A stretch of DNA of 64,000 bases from Ophelia neglecta (lineage: Eukaryota), in the NCBI GenBank assembly GCA_965285935.1, contig OZ260664.1, forward strand, positions 65,038,001 to 65,102,000, read 5' to 3'. Below are positions 54,101 through 64,000 of this stretch, piece after piece. The notes beneath the pieces were generated by a model. It saw only the letters and a program-made list of their open reading frames with translations, made no database searches and had not been told where the DNA came from. The position numbers and the translations under genes were made by a program. How positions within the stretch are numbered: the stretch's first letter is position 1; each line of letters begins with the position of its first letter.

Positions 54101-57100
54101 CTTGGGCTTTCCGTTCCCTGCAGGAGCAAGCCAATTGAACACCCGCATGAGGCACACACCTGTCACAGATTTAGACATTCAAAATCTCTGAAGAATACAG
54201 AAGATTGTCCTCCTTCAACAAATAACAGTTATTCTTTTAAGAACTTATAAAGTGTGCCCTGCCTGATGAAGATCACTCCCGGCAAAGACCATGGGAACCA
54301 CACAGGAGTCCTATAATGGTGCCTCGCGGCACCGCCATCAGCATGGGTCCAGATGGAAAATCAGTCACAACTAAACTATAAGGCCCAACAATAGCTAGCT
54401 TGCACTAATTATCAATTACCAACCAGAAGTTTCCTAATCATTCCCTAGTATCCACCATATATTGATAGCTGAAACACATTAAGTTTGCTTCTGACTGTTG
54501 GAAGCCAAACTATTACTCCAGGTTGCATATCAAATCAACATTGCATATTAAACAAGAAAAATAGTATTCTAAAAATCAACCTAGATTAAATAAACATTTA
54601 ATGTCATCTTAGTTTACAGCATATCAACCATTGTCAATCATTTATACGCTTAGAAGGTTTTATTAATCAAGGATAAGAATGGGAAACTTTTAAAACATCT
54701 GAAAATGCCTCATGCCTGAATAATTTACTTTTCTTTTCTAGGACAATGGCAGGAAACAGATCTACATTAATTCACATCCATTGCCTGTATATCAGAAGAG
54801 AACTTATTTCTCACCATCATCTTGTGGATGACCTAACCCATACTTTACATGTACATTACATGTTTAATGACGGGTGGGCTAGAGTAATGTTACAGCCTAT
54901 GCTTTAAGTCAGCAGACCTATAAACAAGTAACAAATATCATTATTATCACTCAGAATTTTTTAGCAAAATACCCTGATTTGCAAGGACAGCTAACAGCAC
55001 AGGATATTGTACCATGTGGATATCCGTCACCAACAAAATGCTGAACCAAAGCTACTTAACAAAACAAGGGCACGGAAATCTCGACAGACGTCTTCAATGT
55101 ATAAAATCGTCAGAGTTTATAAACTTTCCCAGGAATGTAACTGGTTATATAAGAGGCAGGTGCCGTTTGAAGCAAAACACTGAAATGGAAGGAAACCATA
55201 ATATCAGGATACAAACTTTATGTCAGCTTCAACTGAAAACTTGAAGTGTATTTCAAGTTGCGATGATATTACATTGCAGTGTTCAGCTGAATGCTTGAGC
55301 AAATGATACAATCCATCAAGACCATTGTGCTGTCTTCCAGAACAAATTTCCATGTTTCATCAATATTATTAAAAGCCTAAATAAAGCTAGGCAATGATAC
55401 TTTGGCAAGTAATAATACAGGCATCTATGAATCGTTCTATGCCCAATTAACTTTCCATAAATTTCACACCACCAGAGATCAAATTTCATGACCTGGTACG
55501 TTGAAGTGCCCAGCTGGATGCTACTGTTTAGCCTTAGGGCAGAATCTTTATGGATTTTTGCACATATTAATCTAATCTGAAATGTAAAAACCATCCTTAG
55601 AAAAAATAAAATCACCACATGTTCTAGGCCAGTAATTGTGCATGTAGTCAATTGCACATGGCACTCGACATCAAAACAAAACTCTAGGATTGGTAAAATT
55701 CATCAAATTTGACCATTCTTTGAGCAGGTAATCTCAACTTTATTTTAATGTGGACACTCTAATAGTGAAATTGTTCTACCAGGGAATTACAGTTGTGAGG
55801 AAAAAACTTTTTTCTTCTTCATAGAAACTAATAGAAAGGGCAACCATAATCAATCAGAATATTTACTGCCAGTGCAAGGATTTAGATTTTTTGACTCTCA
55901 ATCAGGAAGTGTAGCTTGACATATTCATCAAAGGACACATGCAGATTTATGAGCAGAGAACACATTTTGAAGCCAACACTACAGCTGTGTTTTTACAGAT
56001 GTTTGATGGTTGCTGTGAACGGATACCCTTTAAAATGATCTAGGATTTCTTCAATGCATGTTAGGATAATGAGCTGAGTTTTATCCATTTGTCCAGAAGT
56101 CTGCTGCTTTCTCCAATAAAAAGTTGATTGCCATCAGTCAAGTATCTGCTTCCAAGCTTCCTTTTGGTTGGTGCAGCTTTAGTAGTTCAAGTTCAACAAA
56201 CACTATTTGTAGCAAAAACTTTTATGCACAAAGTACACAAAAGTAAAAAAAAAGTGGATATGTATAGAAACTGGCAAGATGCATGTATCCATTGAGTTTC
56301 AATAACCCTTCTTAATATCAGTTGTAGCCACTTGCCTTTTACACCAAACAAAACCTTTTCTTATATATGCTACTTGATCCGTCAGAACTGATACAAAACA
56401 TGTCAGTTTTCAGTCTTTAAAACACAATTTCTGTGCTTCCTGCCAGACGGCAGCTTTTGTTATCTTATGTGTAGATAAACATTGTGCCAGACTGGTTTTC
56501 TTTTCATTATATTGCATTGCACCAACAAAAGTATGTCACATAAGCTTATTCCAAAAACATTTCAATGTAGCATTTCATCACAATAATACAAAAAAGGCGC
56601 ACATTACTGGTCCCATGCCATCTGTGCAGAGGCAGAACTGACACCAGCAGAAACATATGGCTCCCTCACTCCAAACCTGGCACAACTTTATTACAAGAAT
56701 AGATTGCTCGGAAAATTAAAAGACAAAAGTCTCTCATTTCTATTGTAGATTGGAACAGAGAGAATAGAATCACTGAAACCAAATTTGGTTAAAGGATTAA
56801 TAGATTATAGTGGCATTGTAATAATATTAGTCCAGCAGAGAACTGGACAGAAGACATATTTACTGGATAATTACAGTAGTCAAGCTACATAGTTTGATTT
56901 CACATGTAATTAAGAATTGTCCATTGAGAAAATGAAGGTTATAATATTCCAAGGTCTCATCTTTCAGAAAACAGTAAAGGCAATTTCACAAACCACTGAA
57001 TGGAGTCTTGACACCTGGTGGCTATTCGGTGATGAATGTTCCTGCAAATTCAAGTTCCATGCTGCAATTCTTTCAGACCAAATGCCAAAAATTTCTTTGT

Positions 57101-60100
57101 TCAACAAATTTGGATTTGTGCTCAATTTGAAGTTGAACAGGAATACTGAGTTCAAAATGAGAACATTTTTTTTCCACAATCAAAATGAATTCACCACATG
57201 TACTTGTGATAAATCCAGTGAAAAATTGGATGTTTGTTCTCTTATTGGACACTCCATATGTTGCTTAGTCTATTATATAGAGATAATTTTAACATAAATA
57301 TATAAATATATATATTTATTATATTAATTACAAAGCTTTACATAATTTCCTCCTTTACAGCGTGTGTATACGTATAGGCGTTATAAAGTGAATGTTAATC
57401 ATTCATACTAATAAATTGTAGTATCCCATCCAATTGGTGCGCACTTATATTAATTACAGGCTATAAGTTTTGTGGGGATATTCGGAGTGACACAGTTTAT
57501 TAGTTTTGAGGGGACAAGCTAGGCCTTATCCTGAATCATAAAGTTTATTGGTTTTTATGAGAAAATCTCAGGAGCAGAGACTTTTTTGCTTGTTTATGAT
57601 GTTTATGCTTTTTGTCCTACCTTTAACATCCAAACAAAGAAAACAAGATATTTGAGCTGTACTGCTATGATTTTAACAATACAGATGGTTGATTTTGATG
57701 CCAATGACTGAGTTGTTAATGTTTGTTAAGGTCTATAGCTGGTTTGTCTTAGTCTGCCAGGTGATATCAATTCTGACATTGATCTTCTCCAGGCATAACT
57801 TTACCCTTCAGTATCTTTCAATGACAGAATGTCACTGCCTTATCCAAAAAAACAATATCTCTTTCAAAAATTAAATGAGGCATGAGATGCCTGTTGGTAG
57901 TAGGAAGAACTTGTACAGACAGGCACAAGACACATCAAACAATCTAATAGACAGCTTCAGCAACAATGTTTACTTTCATTACTGGAGTTCAATACATTAT
58001 CACTGGATATACTGGAGTCCCTCAGCAACAGGATGTGATATTTTTTATAGGAGTTAATGAGATTAACTGGTACATGTTTTTATTTATTGAGCCATACTAT
58101 AGTTAACATTAAGTAACTTATAATAAATTAATGAGATAAATGGTATCCAGATATCCAGTACAGTCAATCATGCCCCATTATATCCATTGCCAAAAATAAT
58201 TCCTTTCATCTGCGGCATTGCATTTTTCAATGAACTGCTACACAGAGGACCACCCATGTCCTTGTTAAAAAACTGATAAAAATTAAGACAGAAGTCAAAG
58301 TCATCACAGGTTTGACAACTGGCTTGATTAAGGTTTGCATGGAGCACAGATAACAGTACCTACCTGTGATTAGACTGCTGGGTGAAGTGACTGCCTAGAT
58401 GAATTGTAGTTTCCACTGCCCAGGGGACATGGCCAGGTAACTTGGTAACCATAAACCATATTTAATTTGTCTTGGTGTTCTCTCAATTTCAATGTCAATC
58501 CAACAGGAAACAAATTGTCCATTGGCAGACCCACAGCGAAGAGGAAGACACAGCCTGCTGTTAATAAGAGGAAACTCGTGTTTCCTGCCTCCCTGGTTAA
58601 TAATGGGCTTTGATTACCTGGCAATTAGTTATCAATATGTTTAACTGATATCTGATACTTTAAGTTTATCTGATTTCCAATAAACATCACAAGAGAAATC
58701 CTGTCAACAAGACAGAAAGACCACCCGCACTGATCCCACATTAAGATTTTCATGCGCCAAATACACTTTTTGTAAAATGAAATGCTTTAGGCTAGTCAAA
58801 TTATACCATGGCATTTTGTGTTTTTAGCTGCACGCATGCAGAACAACAAGTTTTATAGGAAACTGAGGAAGGATAGAATGTAACATGAACATTAGTGTGG
58901 TGGGCCCTGGGAGGCAATCTTTTCTGTACATTTTGAGACTTCATTTTTATTACCAGCTAGGAAATATTCTAAGTTCAGATGTGATTAAAAATCCACTAAT
59001 ACCATGGCAGAACAGAGATGGAACTGGATTTGTATGGCAGGTTATTCCTGATATGGAAAATAAGGCAATTAAGAGGGATTATGATGTTGATTGAGCTTAA
59101 ATCCCAGTGATTAGAATCATATTGTTCCAACAACCTTGTGTAAATCATCAGCAATGAATTCTCCCGGACACCTTCAACCCTGCTAAGCCTCGGCATAAAG
59201 AGTTCAATTACACAGTATTCATAGGAAGCCAATGATATGGATCCCCTTACTGTCCACATTACCAACTGCCAATAAATCAATTACACTTCAGCTTCAATAG
59301 ATTGAATTCATCTTGTTGAATATGGTAAGTGTAATAAAGGGTATAAATGGACTACACTGTATAACATATAATAAAAGTAATTCCAAGTATGAAAGATAGC
59401 CCATTAGAAACTTCCACACATACAGGGCATTTCAACAATATTCTTATGATGGAAATTCAAAGTAGATAGTAAGTACACTACACAAAACATGATAAATACT
59501 ATCATGTTGGAAAACACTCAAGTTTAAAAAAACATGCCACGACATTCTACATTCAGTAGATGGAAACTATACATGTACTAGGTAGATACTTTTGTTTGCC
59601 ACTGTGCCTATTTAAGTATCAATAGAAGAACCTCTGGTTCAGTGGCAGACATGATGAGTGGAGGATCATTGCAACAGGATCCTACATGTAATGGCCCATG
59701 TCAGATTAACATGTCAAGTCCACCACCAACTTGATCAGAAGGACTGGCCTAACTACCAGGGATTAGTCCGTTTCAGTCAGAAAGAACACTCTCAATACTC
59801 TGGTGAATCTGATTACTTTCATTATGCAAACAATTCCAAATTTTTGATCCTCAGCGTAATCATATGCCCTCATCCCATCTTGCAAAAGTCCATTAAGGAG
59901 AACATTTATTTGATTTGACCATAATAAAGACTTCAGCTGCAGCACATAATACATGAAGTTTGTAAATTGGTGTGTGCACAATATCATGAATAGTAAAAGA
60001 CAGTATTGTAATTTGACCATTGGTCAATCTACATTCAATTGCCCCACATTAATTTACATCCAGATTTCATGAACCAGAGACACTGGTGCCAAGGAAATCA

Positions 60101-60779
60101 TTCATGAGCAAAAGTGTCATCAAATACCAGTAAGCTAAATAAAATTATTCTACCTAGAAGATTCATCACTAACATCGTGACCTATTCTATTCAAAGATTT
60201 AGATTCCAAATTCTTGCTTGTTGGGTAAGTAGCAAATAGATGAGTATATATTAAAAGCCCATTAAAAATATAAACTTTCTGACTACTTACTGAACCCATA
60301 CACTGCTTCCAAGTAGTCTAAGTGTTATGTAATTCCAATCTTAGATGATCACAATGAACCTTTCTTGTCTACGATTAACATAAAGAAGATGGATTGTCCA
60401 AGTCTATGATAAGTAAAACTGTCCTGTTGGCAACACTCTCACTTGGCAAATCTCATAAAAATATGATAAAGGATATGGCTTATAACAGTCAGTTTGATTC
60501 AGAAGCCAATGTCTTGTTAATATAGGTAAATGTCTCTGTAATCTCCATTGTCTCCTCCACCTTGAATTGGTGTCCTTCCTGTCACCTTCCTGTAGCCTTC
60601 CTCTCTGGAGCCATCAGTCTGGTGACACTGGTAGTCTCTCCAGTACACACTCTGTCACTCTGAGATGTTCTGTCACCAGGCACACCACAATCCAATGATA
60701 CTTTCCTCCTGTCCTAATGCTTCTGCTTATTCCACAGATTGATCCCTGCCTGGCATAGTGCACTCAAGAGCCACCTTGG

Positions 60780-60838
60780 CATGCTCATGCATGCGCCCAT
60801 TCACCCAGCGCAACATGCGGCATGCACATGCAGCATGC
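60780..60838 (-). promoter_or_regulatory. Cluster of seven GCATG motifs (three as TGCATG); candidate regulatory element
   Basis: Seven CATGC on the plus strand within 59 bp, without a simple tandem period and with retained CpGs. It includes GCGCATGC. Confidence 0.4.
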
Positions 60839-63800
60839 CTTTCAGAGAGAGCAGGCCTGTTATGTGGATCACACTGTGAAGACACAAAGGCTACTACAAG
60901 AAATGATGAGTAGAGATGTCATACAGAGACACAGTGAGGTGTTTCTAGGTCTCTGATTCTTCTCACTTGGAGATTCCAATTAACAATGGCCATTAAGGCC
61001 CACCTGTTAGGTCCTCAATAAATTATATTGAAATGCAGAAGCACTGATTGACCAAATATGCCCAATGCTACAATGGTTCTAGAGCAAGAAGCTGGACACA
61101 ATTAGTACTGAATTGGTGAAAATCACCTGCTAGAGACAATAAATAATTTAGTACAAGTCCTATTGGTTAGTGGCTGGGCAGATGTTGGGTTGACACTTCA
61201 TGCAATAATCATCAGTTTTGGTGCTTTGAAGCTATAATCATTAAAGCAGGAACAGAAATATAAAGAAAATACATTCATTATTTCAAACATTAACACAATA
61301 GTCAACAATAACAGTTTTTTTTTCCAAGAAATCAATAATCTCCCACAAAGAACTGAAACCAAATCAACATAAATCACTTTCTGCCAAGGCTAGTGACAGT
61401 CAGAAAAGTATTCAATTGAGAACTAAGCAATACACCAAGTACTGAATTATTACACTGTTTATAAAAAGCTTGGTGTGTTCTAAACCAACTACAAATCTGC
61501 ATTATGTAAGCCAAAAAGCAATTCATCATTATAATATCTCACAGTAGGGAGAGTCAGCTATCCCACAGTAAGTACAGTTGAAAGCTTTACAGCCAATAAT
61601 AATCAAGAACTGAGATTGATGTTCAAATTTAGCCTCAACAAGAAATTTTGGCTCACTTCCCTACAATTCCTCTCTGAGCATCTTGACCGGAAAGACCTCA
61701 ATTTGAAAGCATGACCCCACTTTCACAAAGCTTTAACAGACAGTAGTGGTGATAATGAAAATATAGAAAATAGGACTCTCTGCCTGTCTGCCAGTATTCA
61801 TCACTATCATTACTGAATTCCTGCTGGTTGAATGTGTATTTTTAGTGAGAAATTATTGAGGGATATTAGAAATAAAAGCCTTGTGGTCTGAGAGTTGAGG
61901 GTAAAAGGCAGACTGAGTGTTGGCTTTGACCTAACAAGTTGATGGTCAATGGAGTAGTGGAGATTGTCAACCTTGGTTTTCTGTTTGTCCAGACTCTCGC
62001 TCATTACAACAGCACCTAATACCAAATGATATTACTGCCTGAAAGAGTTGATCTTCAGATAGTTTTAAAAAACAAAATATTTCCTTGCATTCTCTAGAAC
62101 TATAAAATTAATCTAATAACATAATTTACTGCTGGAACAAGTTACAATATTCTCAATCATTTCACAGCATTGTCACACAACTTCTTCGAGACAATTTATA
62201 TTTCATAACAATTCCTGAAAACCTGCAAAGAGAAGTCATATCAATGTCCTATAGTATAAGGACTTTTTAATGCTGTACATCTTATGGGGTTACTACCTAA
62301 CACCTAATCTATCCAGGCAATGAAAAATGACATTATTTTCTCTACTAAGAACTTTGTATTAAAACTTTAGCTCTTTAGAACTGATGTAAGGCAATAACCT
62401 GATTCTATCAATGAATTACAAAAAATGCAAATCCATAAGACATAGTGCTCTTTCAATGCACTTGAACGGTATAAGAAAGAAAAGTCATTAAAGAGTAAAA
62501 AGTAAGAATCATTGGCAGGTCATACACCTTGATCAGTTTTGCTAAGTGAGCACAAAACTGCTGCCCCTCACCTATGAACTTGCGGTAGGTATCACTTAAC
62601 ACCAGCTTATTCTATCGAGCACTTTCACAGCCTATTAAACTGGGTGATAAACTTACTGGAAGGAGGCCAAGCAGTCTTCAGCAAACACAAATGTTCACTT
62701 ATCATTTCTAAATTGAATAAATTATTGCACTTTTACCTAATGGAATTATCAAGACTTAAAATATGCAGAAAGATTTACTAAAAAGGTATACACTTAAAAG
62801 ATAAAACGTAATTACTTGAATTGGAAAATCAACATTTACTTAATGCACTACAATAGTATGCTCTTCACATTCAAACTGAACTAAACCTGAATGACACATA
62901 AGAAGCACAGAGTTGGGGTATTTTTTATTCAAAAAACCTGTAGCATCTTATTTACCATCATGGGTACACGTACAGTACATGTATATACTGCTACACAAAA
63001 TCAAACTTTGCAGAGAAGCAAATCTAATTTGTAAATCTAATCAGGCATGCAAAAAGTCAAGGAAGAGTACCACCAGAGAATTCTCAGCCTCGTAAAGAGC
63101 AATCCTTAAAACCACACATCAGAGGCAAATGACAGCAACACAGACAGCAAATCAATACTAATCAAGGTGGAGATGGCAAAAGAGTGAAATCTATAGCCAC
63201 ATTTTGGAGTTTTGCACAACTCCCCAGGCTGAGTCAAGTTTTATTCCAAATAATGACAGCCTTGGGACGTTTGAGTTTTCTAGAGACACCAGATACCAAG
63301 TTGATGCCTAGTTTACATCCCACCCATAATAAATCCACTGCCATGTCTATAATTATGTTTTATAGCAGTATATTGTAGGCAGACCTCCGCCTTTAATATT
63401 GTACAATGTAATCTATACATGGAAAGCAGATGCTACACCAAAAACAGGTTAGCAGTAGTGACCCACACTTGTCTAGTTTTCATTGATCACATGCTATTTC
63501 ACATTTATTTCACGGTAAAGACAGGCCATTCTCAAGGCACACCTTACCTCAGCCCAGGACACAATGACAAGCATTGCCTGATACTGACTGATACCCAAGA
63601 GAGACAGCCTTCCTAATAACTGACCAGGTTTTCTCTTTTTACTGAGAGAGGACCAACTCATTTGTCGATTTGATAGAGTAATCATCATAGTCCTTATTTT
63701 TTCAATAGTATGTGTATAAATGTAAGCAGGTATTGTGCAAAACTCTTTAGTTTGGATCATTTTAGTATTCAGATTCTATAAAACAAGAGATTTTACCTGT

Positions 63801-64000
63801 GGTGCCTGACCTTGATCCAACAGTTCCAATGTACATGTATGCTCCAAAATTTCAACTCTTCTTACACTACAAGACATGTACTGTTTTCCAAGTTTACCAG
63901 ATCTGCAGCTTATTCCACAGAGTTATCCATCCACTAATCTCCACTACTCCCAGGCACTTATTGGAATGGCAAATAATGGAACCATTTTCAATTTAAGTAA

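Noticed and set aside
62657-63836. Two ATG-to-donor phase-1 hits (62705-62657 and 63836-63797) as upstream first exons
   Set aside because: Both are short with weak donors and no other support. They show the chance background rate for such hits.
203-63996. Remaining 60-130 aa ORFs in the track
   Set aside because: They have low-information, AT-driven composition, many non-ATG starts, and no recognisable domains or splice support.

Overview
AT-rich, CpG-depleted, intron-rich eukaryotic DNA, probably from an invertebrate. There are no prokaryotic features. The window appears to hold the 5' part of one large minus-strand gene. Four exons with canonical splice sites join in frame: 50743-50667, 46750-46604, a 2,319-nt exon at 27668-25350, and 21718-21682. 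Together they encode about 855 aa of Ser/Pro-rich N-terminal sequence ending ...YRTDREQA-G| in phase 1. The following intron (21681 to the window start) holds at least five short ATG-initiated ORFs (19582, 16147, 10218, 8076, 3487). Each ends in a G|GT phase-1 donor, which suggests an array of alternative first exons splicing to one shared acceptor outside the window. One encodes a myristoylation/palmitoylation-type start (MGNLLCT...), and one ends ...KYREQKLA-G|. From recalled family knowledge this layout fits the DLC1/STARD13/crossveinless-c SAM-RhoGAP-START family, whose isoform leaders join at '(E)IEA...'. No diagnostic domain is in the window, so that assignment is an inference. The rest is intronic DNA with three minisatellites (31/35 bp, about 29 bp, 80/84 bp), microsatellites and small duplications. 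Most long ORFs in the supplied track are minisatellite artefacts.
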